Source: an uncultured virus (IMG/VR IMGVR_UViG_3300046524_000073) (taxonomy: Duplodnaviria; Heunggongvirae; Uroviricota; Caudoviricetes). From it: 20,000 bases of DNA. Shown one piece after another: positions 1 to 7,138 of this stretch. The position numbers were made by a program, and so were the translations under genes. The stretch's first letter is position 1. Each line of letters opens with the position of its first letter. The stretch lies in the IMG/VR virus record IMGVR_UViG_3300046524_000073, one strand, 5' to 3'. The notes under the pieces are model-generated. The model saw only the letters and a list, made by a program, of their open reading frames with translations, was not told the DNA's origin and did no database searches.

Positions 1-34
1 TAATCTTCCGGATCGCAGCACTGCCGCCCATCTA

Positions 35-169
35 CTAACTCACGCGAGCACCACCAGCAGCGTAGCGCTCGGAGACGCCGATAAGCCAGTCTGCCCATTC
101 TGTATAGCCTTGCGCCAGTCCAATGTGAACGGTAGAGAGCCACAGCAGCCATGCGGTTAGTGGATTCAT
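35..169 (-). CDS. small hypothetical protein (44 aa, hydrophobic N-terminus), early part of late operon
   Basis: Read manually: MNPLTAWLLWLSTVHIGLAQGYTEWADWLIGVSERYAAGGARVS*. ATGA overlap with the upstream 166..288 ORF. Confidence 0.5.
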   Translation of the reverse strand: MNPLTAWLLWLSTVHIGLAQGYTEWADWLIGVSERYAAGGARVS

Positions 170-288
170 TTCGTCAGCGCCCGCAATTGGTCAAGCCGTG
201 CGACCATCGAAGCCCTGAGAGCCGGATCAATGTTGCGCATACGTTCCAGATCCAATTCCAAGCTGTCGATCAACTCTTGAACGTTCAT
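166..288 (-). CDS. small hypothetical protein (40 aa)
   Basis: Read manually: MNVQELIDSLELDLERMRNIDPALRASMVARLDQLRALTK*. Helical composition, coupled to the next ORF. Confidence 0.55.
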   Translation of the reverse strand: MNVQELIDSLELDLERMRNIDPALRASMVARLDQLRALTK

Positions 289-348
289 TTGATACTCGAA
301 TTCTGGCCGGCGAACCGGCAAGAGCCATATTGCATGGCTGCGGGCGGG

Positions 349-609
349 TTACAGCTCACGAACGGGCTGCGGCGGGATTGGTACGTCAAACAATGCTTCT
401 GCGGCCTCTCTTGCTGCACTCCAGCACTTCGCTCGTTCGGCTGCCGTCCCTCGCTTTAGCGTCAGGATTGGGCGTCCAATTGCGGGCGCATTCGCCTCAA
501 GTTCTGAGGCGCGCTTTGCTTCATTCGCCGCTTCTGCCTGCTGCCTCTCCAATAGGAGCATCGGATCGACACCAAAGGTGCGCGATTCGAATGTGACGGA
601 GCGGGACAT
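349..609 (-). CDS. hypothetical protein, first gene after the late terminator tR'
   Basis: Part of ORF 349..732. Start placed at ATG 609 (MSRSVTFES) because the upstream part overlaps PR'/tR'. Confidence 0.55.
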   Translation of the reverse strand: MSRSVTFESRTFGVDPMLLLERQQAEAANEAKRASELEANAPAIGRPILTLKRGTAAERAKCWSAAREAAEALFDVPIPPQPVREL

Positions 610-625
610 GGCGAGGCCGGAAATG

Positions 626-653
626 AAAAAGCCCCGCATCGATAGCAGGGCTT
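626..653 (-). terminator. intrinsic terminator tR'-like
   Basis: Minus strand AAGCCCTGC-TATCGAT-GCGGGGCTT followed by a T run, about 35 nt after the PR'-like -10. Confidence 0.8.
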
Positions 654-688
654 GTTTCGGCCAAGCACAGGAACTCAGCCTTTCCGAA

Positions 689-717
689 ATCATATGGAAA
701 CAAGCCCTTTTACTCAA
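689..717 (-). promoter_or_regulatory. late promoter PR'-like
   Basis: TTGAGT (717-712), 17-bp spacer, TATGAT (694-689). Directly after the Q-like gene and before a terminator, as in lambda. Confidence 0.7.
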
Positions 718-748
718 CCACTGTTTTATCAACTATGGAGTTTAGTAT

Positions 749-1141
749 TTATAGGCCGGAGAGCATGCGGTGATACGCGCGGTGAGCATTCGTCCGAAAC
801 GTCTTGACCATCTTGTGCATGCCTTGCTCCGTGACTTCGAGCTCATCGGCCAACAACTTCAGCGGGCGAACGCGGTGCAGGTAGTAGCAGTAGAACGCCA
901 GCTTCGGTCGACCTTCCGGCATTCCCAATAGCGCGAGATTGAAGTAGCTTGCACTCGCGCTCAACTCTGCGTCGGGCACTTCACCGCCCGGAAGGTTCTG
1001 CAAACGCACCAGAAGATTTTGCGGGACGGGCGGAGCCCATATGCGTCGCGAACGATGCCATGACGCCCACTTAAGGCAGAACTCATGGATGCGCTTATCC
1101 TCGCTTTGTGCAATGACTTTGCCTTCAGTAACCACGTCCAT
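749..1141 (-). CDS. late antiterminator Q-like protein
   Basis: 130 aa from ATG 1141. N-terminal 'LKWASWHR' and C-terminal HTH-like segment. Last early gene before promoter plus terminator. Confidence 0.6.
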   Translation of the reverse strand: MDVVTEGKVIAQSEDKRIHEFCLKWASWHRSRRIWAPPVPQNLLVRLQNLPGGEVPDAELSASASYFNLALLGMPEGRPKLAFYCYYLHRVRPLKLLADELEVTEQGMHKMVKTFRTNAHRAYHRMLSGL

Positions 1142-1201
1142 ATGAACCCCGCAACACGATATATAGTGAAGACACAAAAAACGACACAACTGGTAGCGGT
1201 C

Positions 1202-1210
1202 ATTATACCA
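1202..1210 (-). promoter_or_regulatory. extended -10 promoter candidate upstream of the Q-like gene
   Basis: TGGTATAAT (TGn plus perfect TATAAT) in a 120-bp intergenic gap. Confidence 0.5.
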
Positions 1211-1261
1211 AGAAACGCGCAGTACTCCTACTGAAAAGCGTTGTCAATCAGCAAGTTGCGA

Positions 1262-1477
1262 TCATTCTTCTAGACCGGTAACGCCATACATGTACATAGG
1301 CTCTGGCGGCGATTCCCGCTCCGGCGTGATTACTTCCGGAACCCTATCCCGATTCCTCCTCCGGCTGAGTGTCGGTGCTTCGTAGCGGGGGCGGTGCAGG
1401 ATGACTAGAAAGATCAGCAGGCCGAGAGCGAAGATGCCCAAGATAAAGCCGACTAGAAGAACGCCTAGATTGATCAT
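1262..1477 (-). CDS. small membrane protein
   Basis: N-terminal hydrophobic stretch followed by a basic tail. ATGA overlap with the upstream gene. Confidence 0.7.
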   Translation of the reverse strand: MINLGVLLVGFILGIFALGLLIFLVILHRPRYEAPTLSRRRNRDRVPEVITPERESPPEPMYMYGVTGLEE

Positions 1478-1656
1478 GATTGTTCCTTCAGCGCCCGGAT
1501 AAGGCCGGCGATCTCGTGGCCTTCAATCGTTCCCATGTCGTAACACTCTGCAATGTCTGCGCAGCGCTCGATGAGGGCTAGATAGTCCTTATGCAGGACA
1601 TAAAGCCCGCTTTCGCAGGGCATCGATGAAACGCCGTATCTTTGGGGTTTGGTCAT
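1474..1656 (-). CDS. hypothetical phage protein
   Basis: 60 aa, coupled by ATGA overlaps at both ends, GGAGG RBS. Confidence 0.7.
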   Translation of the reverse strand: MTKPQRYGVSSMPCESGLYVLHKDYLALIERCADIAECYDMGTIEGHEIAGLIRALKEQS

Positions 1657-1835
1657 GCCGCCTCCGGCACAGGAATTCCCATCCGCTTTGCCTCCTTAAT
1701 AACCCATGGCAAACGCCAGCCAGTATTGACCTTGCGCGAAATCTCGATTCGCTTTTCATCCTCCGTCAGGTAGCCATATCCTTTGCGGGGATAGTCGCCC
1801 GATTGGCGCAGGGCATCGTAGTAGCAATCTGTCAT
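1653..1835 (-). CDS. hypothetical phage protein
   Basis: 60 aa, AAGGAGG RBS, ends EAA* with ATGA overlap. Confidence 0.7.
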   Translation of the reverse strand: MTDCYYDALRQSGDYPRKGYGYLTEDEKRIEISRKVNTGWRLPWVIKEAKRMGIPVPEAA

Positions 1836-2602
1836 GCTGCCTCCTTGTCATTCATTTGAGAGTAGGGTGAATGCTGCCGCAGCCACGCTTGGAATTTGTC
1901 CATTCCCAGAGGCTTTAAGTCGGTCCACGCTGGCGGCCACACCATCAGCCAATCCTGGAAGTCCGCATTCACTGTGCGCCCCGAAACTACTTGGCCGCCA
2001 TGATTGAGGCTTAACCAGGCGAGGTAATCTTCGATCTGGCTGCGATGGTCGCCGCTCTTCGCGCGCTTCCAGCAGATTCCGTGCGTTCCGACGCTCGCCC
2101 TTGGCGTGGGCAAGTATCCAGACTCGTTCTCGACGCTGGGCGGCTCCAATGTGGTTACCTCCCAGCACTCCCCATCGCGCATCAAGCCCCATCGCGGCCA
2201 GGTCACCGAGGACTGTTCCGATGTATCCAGAAACAATGAGGCCTGTGACGTTCTCCAAGAGCACGAATCGCGGTCGAACATGGCGAATGACATCTGCCGT
2301 TGCGGGCCACATGTTTCGCTCGTCAGCTTCGCCGAGTTGCTTTCCTCCGAGTGAAAACGGCTGGCAGGGGAAACCTGCTGTAACCACGTCAGCAATTCCT
2401 CGGTATTGGTCGGCTGCACCGGACTGTGCGAACTGACGCACGTCAGTGAAGATTGGAGCGGCAGGCAGGATGCCGTCTCGGATGCGCGCTGCGATGACTC
2501 GCTGGCAGTAGTCGTTCCATTCGACATATCCGACAGGTTTCCACCCAAGCAGATGGGTTCCAAGCAATCCACCTCCAGCCCCGGTAAAGAGTGAAAGCTC
2601 AT
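1832..2602 (-). CDS. overprinted alternative-frame ORF, putative beta subunit (motif IX carrier) of the C5 methyltransferase
   Basis: Open for 256 codons across the MTase gene. Contains 'LPTPRAS' and motif IX-like 'VNADFQDWLMVWPPAWT'. Ends KEAA* coupled to the next gene. True start uncertain (2602, 2527 or later). Confidence 0.7.
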   Translation of the reverse strand: MSFHSLPGLEVDCLEPICLGGNLSDMSNGTTTASESSQRASETASCLPLQSSLTCVSSHSPVQPTNTEELLTWLQQVSPASRFHSEESNSAKLTSETCGPQRQMSFAMFDRDSCSWRTSQASLFLDTSEQSSVTWPRWGLMRDGECWEVTTLEPPSVENESGYLPTPRASVGTHGICWKRAKSGDHRSQIEDYLAWLSLNHGGQVVSGRTVNADFQDWLMVWPPAWTDLKPLGMDKFQAWLRQHSPYSQMNDKEAA

Positions 2603-2606
2603 TCAA
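1848..2606 (-). CDS. DNA cytosine-5 methyltransferase (alpha subunit)
   Basis: Motif I LFTGAGG, IV GFPCQPFS, VI ENV, VIII QRRERVWI, X LKASGNG. No motif IX in this frame. TTG start overlaps the ninG stop. Confidence 0.9.
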   Translation of the reverse strand: MNELSLFTGAGGGLLGTHLLGWKPVGYVEWNDYCQRVIAARIRDGILPAAPIFTDVRQFAQSGAADQYRGIADVVTAGFPCQPFSLGGKQLGEADERNMWPATADVIRHVRPRFVLLENVTGLIVSGYIGTVLGDLAAMGLDARWGVLGGNHIGAAQRRERVWILAHAKGERRNARNLLEAREERRPSQPDRRLPRLVKPQSWRPSSFGAHSECGLPGLADGVAASVDRLKASGNGQIPSVAAAAFTLLSNE

Positions 2607-3208
2607 GCCGCCTCCCGTTTCATTTCAATCCGACGCTCCAACCTGCGAGCCTTTTTGTTCATGACTTTCTTGATCCGCTGCAAGTACTCGACGGACCACT
2701 TAGCCGTCCACTGCATTGACTCGATTTCCTCGACGCGCTCTATCGTGATTCTCTGTACCAGTCCTTTCCGGTATTCAACCGTGTTCGATCCCAAGTCGCG
2801 GTTGCACCTCTTGCATTGCAGGTGGATGTTCGGCAGGTAGTAGCGCAAATGTGGCGCACTGCCTACTGATCGGTAGTGGCCGGCATCGACCGATCCTCCG
2901 AATCTCCAATCCGGGTTTGCTCCGCACGAGATGCACCCATGCCCCGCCAGAATGTCCCGTAGCCTCGCCACTTTGTTGACGACTGCCTGCGCTTCAGCGA
3001 TCCACTCCCGGCGCGTCTTGAGCTTGGCTTTCCGCTCTGCGAGAGATTTCCGCTCAACACGATTGGCTCGGGCGGCTTTCTGGGCGGCGACCTTGGCGGA
3101 CCAATCGGCCGCACATTTGGGCCCGCATACCTTCTGCATTGAACGCTGCGGGGTGAAGACCGTTTTGCATGCCGCACAGCGTTTGGGATTCAAACTGGCT
3201 CGGATCAT
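2603..3208 (-). CDS. ninG: NinG/Rap-family recombination endonuclease
   Basis: CxxC...CxxxC N-terminus, CISCG, DAGHYRSVGSAPHLRY, NIHLQCKRCN. Start ATG 3208 overlaps the ninB stop. Confidence 0.9.
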   Translation of the reverse strand: MIRASLNPKRCAACKTVFTPQRSMQKVCGPKCAADWSAKVAAQKAARANRVERKSLAERKAKLKTRREWIAEAQAVVNKVARLRDILAGHGCISCGANPDWRFGGSVDAGHYRSVGSAPHLRYYLPNIHLQCKRCNRDLGSNTVEYRKGLVQRITIERVEEIESMQWTAKWSVEYLQRIKKVMNKKARRLERRIEMKREAA

Positions 3209-3618
3209 TCGAAGCAAACTCCCAGCGCGTCTCCCGCATAGCTCTGCACGGCATCCAGGTACTCGCTGAATTCCCCCACGCTCATCTGCGTCGTCGACTT
3301 CCGGCGCGCGATGATCTCGCCATCGGGCAGCGTCAGTTCGTCCAGAATCCCGTACTTGCGCGCGAAGTACTCGTGCCAGGTGTCTTTGTCGTATTGCTTG
3401 CCATCCACCCAAGCCTGTTCGCTGACTTGTTTGAGAACGGCCCCGAAGTAGAAGCGGTTCTGAGCGGCATTCCGTTGCTTTTCCTCAGCCGTCACAATCA
3501 ACCGCAACGGCTCACCCTTGTCGGCAAAGACGGGCGCGTTGGCCTTGATGAAGGCGACGACGGCATTCCAGACGCCGCCGTTCTTGAGTGTGAACTCACG
3601 GTATAGGGCGGCGGTCAT
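3205..3618 (-). CDS. ninB: NinB/Orf-family recombination protein
   Basis: RNAAQNRFY, 'QAWVDGKQYDKDTWHEYF', STTQMSVGEFSEYLDAV motifs. Confidence 0.85.
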   Translation of the reverse strand: MTAALYREFTLKNGGVWNAVVAFIKANAPVFADKGEPLRLIVTAEEKQRNAAQNRFYFGAVLKQVSEQAWVDGKQYDKDTWHEYFARKYGILDELTLPDGEIIARRKSTTQMSVGEFSEYLDAVQSYAGDALGVCFE

Positions 3619-4145
3619 GCGGCCTCCGCATTGCTCTCAGCTATCTGCCGGGCGTCGGTCTCGCGCGCATCGTGCTCCGCCATCGCGTTGCTGTCAGCGA
3701 TGGTGTAATGCCGAGGATCTTTCGCGGCGTGCAGCGCTTTCAGCCGGGCAACGTGTGGCGTGAGCGCCTCCAGCATCTCCAGATAGCCCCCAGCCACCAT
3801 GCGATCGTCATTCAGCTTTCCAGCGGCCTCCGCGTCGACTAGGATGGCGAGGCAGGCGAGAGCATGGGCAAAGTGGGGCAGCCCGCTATCGGCGTCGTTG
3901 TCTTGTCCCTCGAACCACTTATCCAGATGGCGTTTGGCGGCGTCCACATAGATCGATGCGCGCACGCCAGCTACGCGCCAGTTAGAGCGCCCATACTTGA
4001 GCATGCCGTCGAGCAGGCCCAGCGAGCCAAGCGCTGAGGCTGTCGCGGGCCAGAGGTGGAGCGGCAACTTGCCCGAGCCGATAGCGTCCTTGGGGTTCGT
4101 ATTTTTGAGTTGACTATCATCGACTTTTTGCCAGTGCTCTCTCAC
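3615..4145 (-). CDS. dATP/dGTP diphosphohydrolase domain protein (DUF5664-like)
   Basis: NPKDAIGSGKLPLHLWP, GMLKYGRSNWR, DADSGLPHFAHALACLAIL. GTG start at 4145 after GGAGG. Confidence 0.85.
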   Translation of the reverse strand: MREHWQKVDDSQLKNTNPKDAIGSGKLPLHLWPATASALGSLGLLDGMLKYGRSNWRVAGVRASIYVDAAKRHLDKWFEGQDNDADSGLPHFAHALACLAILVDAEAAGKLNDDRMVAGGYLEMLEALTPHVARLKALHAAKDPRHYTIADSNAMAEHDARETDARQIAESNAEAA

Positions 4146-4336
4146 GCGACCTCCTTCTTGCCCAAATATTCCCGAGTAGCTTCCTGCTCCAACTCCTCGA
4201 CGCGGTTGCTCAGTTCGGAGATCAGTTTGATTGCAACTCCGTCTTTGAACCCCTTTGCGCTGGCTTCCTCGATCTGCTGCGAGAGTTGTCGCACGCGTAC
4301 TACAAGCTCGGATGCAGTGGTCGATGTGTAGGTCAT
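4142..4336 (-). CDS. hypothetical coiled-coil protein
   Basis: 64 aa, coupled at both ends via GGAGG-N-ATGA/GTGA junctions. Confidence 0.7.
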   Translation of the reverse strand: MTYTSTTASELVVRVRQLSQQIEEASAKGFKDGVAIKLISELSNRVEELEQEATREYLGKKEVA

Positions 4337-4665
4337 GCGGCCTCCATCTGAACGAGGTCTGCTGCGTTGTAGACTGCAAGGCCAAGCTTTTGGGCGGTCA
4401 GATGTTCGATCTGCGCACCAAAGGACTTCTCCCAGCCAGGAAGCAGCGCGATCGCGTCACACTTTTCGACGTGTCGAAGATCGGCGATGATGCAGTCGAT
4501 CCAGCGGGCTTCGGGATCGCCATTGATATCCACTGGGTTCACAACGTCCCATCCGAGTCCGCGGAGTTGTGCGGCTACGCGATTGAACAGTGGGAAATTC
4601 AAATCCGGCATCCCGCTCATCGCGCCCGACAGGTAGATCCGGCTAGGCTTATTCAGCATCGTCAT
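4333..4665 (-). CDS. DUF4406 family (nucleoside deoxyribosyltransferase-like fold) protein
   Basis: RIYLSGAMSG..LNFPLF, VVNP, CDAIALLPGWEKSFGAQIE. Start ATG 4665 after GAGG. Confidence 0.85.
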   Translation of the reverse strand: MTMLNKPSRIYLSGAMSGMPDLNFPLFNRVAAQLRGLGWDVVNPVDINGDPEARWIDCIIADLRHVEKCDAIALLPGWEKSFGAQIEHLTAQKLGLAVYNAADLVQMEAA

Positions 4666-4837
4666 GTTTAACCTCTTCCTTCTCCGTGGTGTGGGCGAGA
4701 GCACGACGCTGTGCGTCCTGCAGGATGCGAGCGAACTTATCGACTGAGCAGAACACGCCGTTCGCGGACATGATGTCGATCATTTCGCGGTGGCTGAGTC
4801 CGATGACTAATTGGTTGGGGGCGGGTAGGGTGGTCAT
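4649..4837 (-). CDS. hypothetical phage protein
   Basis: 62 aa, GGAGG RBS with ATGA overlap. Confidence 0.7.
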   Translation of the reverse strand: MTTLPAPNQLVIGLSHREMIDIMSANGVFCSVDKFARILQDAQRRALAHTTEKEEVKHDDAE

Positions 4838-5148
4838 GCCGTCACCTCCAGATCGTCAGTTACTTTGTCGTTGAGAGAGATGCCGCTTACGGGCCGTAGG
4901 TGGACGTCCGCCGTTGGAGTCTCGTATGCGTGGTACAACACTCCGTAGCTGGTCCTCCACGGGAGCGGCGTGTCGCTTCTAACTCTCCAAGAAGGTCGAG
5001 TTCCTTGAAACACAAGTGTTACGCCTTCGATGGTGTCGAAGACCTCGCTATTTACGGCAGGTCGACAGATTTCAACGATCCGGCCGATACCTTCTGGCGT
5101 GCAGTTCGCAGCTACGACAATCGCCAAATCACCCGGTTTGCAGTTCAT
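4834..5148 (-). CDS. hypothetical phage protein (MNCKPGDLAIV type)
   Basis: Start ATG 5148 after GGAGGT. N-terminal CKPGDLA and C-terminal LRP segments. Confidence 0.75.
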   Translation of the reverse strand: MNCKPGDLAIVVAANCTPEGIGRIVEICRPAVNSEVFDTIEGVTLVFQGTRPSWRVRSDTPLPWRTSYGVLYHAYETPTADVHLRPVSGISLNDKVTDDLEVTA

Positions 5149-5327
5149 TTTTCTACCTCCCGATACCTGTCGTACGGCATAATTTCCAACCCAAAGCTCC
5201 CGATCCACCGTCCGTCTTCCCACTTCAGAACCTCCGGCTCTGTCAGCGGCTCGCCGTCAGGGAACAGGCACTGGACTTCGTATAGCCCGTCGCGCTCTGG
5301 CGGCGTTGCGCAGGTTTTCCAGGTCAT
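5145..5327 (-). CDS. hypothetical phage protein (W...PP..DG.Y type, DUF551-like)
   Basis: MTWKTCATPPERDGLYEV, coupled at both ends. Confidence 0.65.
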   Translation of the reverse strand: MTWKTCATPPERDGLYEVQCLFPDGEPLTEPEVLKWEDGRWIGSFGLEIMPYDRYREVEK

Positions 5328-5812
5328 GCGGCCTCCAATTCGGGCTCATCCCACAGATGCCGGTAGACGCGCCCGGAACCTCCGGGAGGGGCTTTGATCG
5401 TTCCTGCTGCAGCACCGAATGGGCTGGCGCGAAGAACTTGCTCAGCCAGCCTGTCGCAACTCGACCAGACCTTCGTCGCGCCCCGTCCATCGCGCCGCTC
5501 TTTTAGATAGACCTTTCCCGCAATGCGCAACCTCTGCAAAACTTCGCTCGCGGTGCATTCGGCAATGCCCAGCGCCTTAGCAATGTCCGCACGGCACATA
5601 TCGCGTTTGTCCAGAAGCTTCATCGCGCGCTGCTGCGCGACCGGTGGTCGGCCAGGGTATTCATGCGCTTTGCCGTATCCGCGTTTGTAGGCCTGTTTGC
5701 GCAGCGACTCGACGGTTCGCCCCGGAAACTCGGGCAGATGCTTGGCAAATACTCCAGGCTGATTGCAAACCTCTTTGAGCCGCGCCAGTTCTTTGTTGGT
5801 CCAGTACTTCAT
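5324..5812 (-). CDS. DNA-binding protein (Myb-like N-terminus plus winged HTH)
   Basis: WTNKEL...FPGRTVESL, then MCRADIAKALGIAECTASEVLQRL. Start ATG 5812. Confidence 0.7.
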   Translation of the reverse strand: MKYWTNKELARLKEVCNQPGVFAKHLPEFPGRTVESLRKQAYKRGYGKAHEYPGRPPVAQQRAMKLLDKRDMCRADIAKALGIAECTASEVLQRLRIAGKVYLKERRDGRGATKVWSSCDRLAEQVLRASPFGAAAGTIKAPPGGSGRVYRHLWDEPELEAA

Positions 5813-6285
5813 GCTGCCTCCCGATGCTTCCAGTACTCGCGCTCGACAATCTTCGTAGCGGCATCGACTTCGCCAATCGTCGCCATGCGGAGCTGTTGTC
5901 CCCACAGTGCGATCGCTTCTTCGACGGCTGCCTGGTCAGTTTCCGAAGCGAATTGCAGCTTGCCGGTTGACTCGTAGCCGGGGATCATGCGGCGCATCGC
6001 TTCGTGTGCCGCGTTGAATGTGTCGAGCGCTTCGGCCCCGAGCCCCCCCTTTGCGAAAAGCCACGCCTGATTCAAGCAGTTAGCGAGTGTGTCCCACTGG
6101 CTTTTCTGGCCGTAGCCGCGCGTCACAGCATCGAGCGACGTCAGCGCCGCCATTTCGAATTCGCCCGCAAACACCTCATTGACGTCTTGGCGCAGCACCT
6201 TGAAACGCTCGAGCGCGATCATGCAGGAGTTCGGGTTGACCATGCGCGGGCGGTAGGCCTTGCGCGGTTTTTGACTGCGGCTCAT
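5809..6285 (-). CDS. hypothetical phage protein (MSRSQKPRKAYRPR)
   Basis: Own GGAGGCCGC-ATG start at 6285 inside the ORF-track fusion 5809..6594. Confidence 0.75.
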   Translation of the reverse strand: MSRSQKPRKAYRPRMVNPNSCMIALERFKVLRQDVNEVFAGEFEMAALTSLDAVTRGYGQKSQWDTLANCLNQAWLFAKGGLGAEALDTFNAAHEAMRRMIPGYESTGKLQFASETDQAAVEEAIALWGQQLRMATIGEVDAATKIVEREYWKHREAA

Positions 6286-6594
6286 GCGGCCTCCAGCATC
6301 GGTTGTTTGGTGAGACGTTGTCGGGCTGCCTCTTGCATGCCGCGCAGCGTTTCCATTGCGCGAAAGATTGGGGGGGGTGCCGCCGTCTTCAGGGTTAGCC
6401 AGACGCCAGAGCGAATCAGAGCGGGATTTGCCCTGCTCGGCCAGAACCACCTGGTATCGTCCAAGCATCAAAAGCAGGGTCTGGCCGATACTCGTGTCAG
6501 TGACGTCGAGTTCTCCGGCGATCTGCCAGCCGTAAGCCCCGTTCGGACTTGCGCGAAGTATTTCGAGAACGAGTGGAATTTTTGGTGCAGTCAT
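6282..6594 (-). pseudogene. winged-helix-like gene frameshifted at a C8 tract
   Basis: Removing one base from G8 (6370-6377) joins MTAPKIP...GGTPP to IFRAMETL...MLEAA*, whose stop overlaps the next start. Confidence 0.65.
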
Positions 6595-6598
6595 CGAT

Positions 6599-6883
6599 TT
6601 AATCCCCCATCAAGATCGCGATAGCCTGTTCCGCCGATTCCACGACGTGAGCCTCGCCTTTCCATGTTCCAAACCAGATCGCCTCGTCGTCAGTCAACTT
6701 CCGTGCGCTTGGTGGTTTGGTGCCGTCCTTCAACTCGAACAGATAATTCTTTGCGCGCCAGCCAACGACCAGATCCACAAACCCATTTCCGATTTGGTGT
6801 GTCGGAGTGACGCTCGCTCCAATCTTGCGAAGCGCTGCGACGATCTCGGCTTGATTGGCGTCTACCTTTGCCGCGCGCCTCAT
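6599..6883 (-). CDS. PD-(D/E)XK / VRR-NUC-like endonuclease
   Basis: AKVDANQAEIV, GFVDLVVG, LFELKDG, LTDDE pattern. Confidence 0.8.
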   Translation of the reverse strand: MRRAAKVDANQAEIVAALRKIGASVTPTHQIGNGFVDLVVGWRAKNYLFELKDGTKPPSARKLTDDEAIWFGTWKGEAHVVESAEQAIAILMGD

Positions 6884-7137
6884 GCGTCCACCGTTTCCTC
6901 AAGCTCGCCCACGTAAGGGTGAGCAATTCCGTGCGTTGAGCAGAAGACAGCCAGTCCGCGTCCGTTGTCCTCTTCGTAACCGGCGCGGTGAGCTGCTGCC
7001 AGCGACGACAGGTAGTGTGTGAACTCTGCCGGCGACTCCCGCAGCGCAGTCTTGACGTAATCCTTCATGCGTTGGCCCCACGTGTAGTACCAGGACAAAT
7101 ATTTGAGGTCTTCGAGCATCTTTGGAGTGATCTTCAT
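6880..7137 (-). CDS. hypothetical phage protein
   Basis: ATG 7137 (MKITPKM) just after the helicase stop, GGAGG RBS. Confidence 0.7.
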   Translation of the reverse strand: MKITPKMLEDLKYLSWYYTWGQRMKDYVKTALRESPAEFTHYLSSLAAAHRAGYEEDNGRGLAVFCSTHGIAHPYVGELEETVDA

Positions 7138-7138
7138 T

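Noticed and set aside
3615..4385. Long N-terminal extensions in the ORF track (also 2603..3412, 5324..5905, 16273..16974)
   Set aside because: The extensions overlap well-supported upstream genes, and RBS-led coupled starts lie downstream.
5809..6594. Single 261-aa gene as given in the ORF track
   Set aside because: Better explained as two genes joined by a homopolymer frameshift. An internal RBS and ATG exist at 6285.
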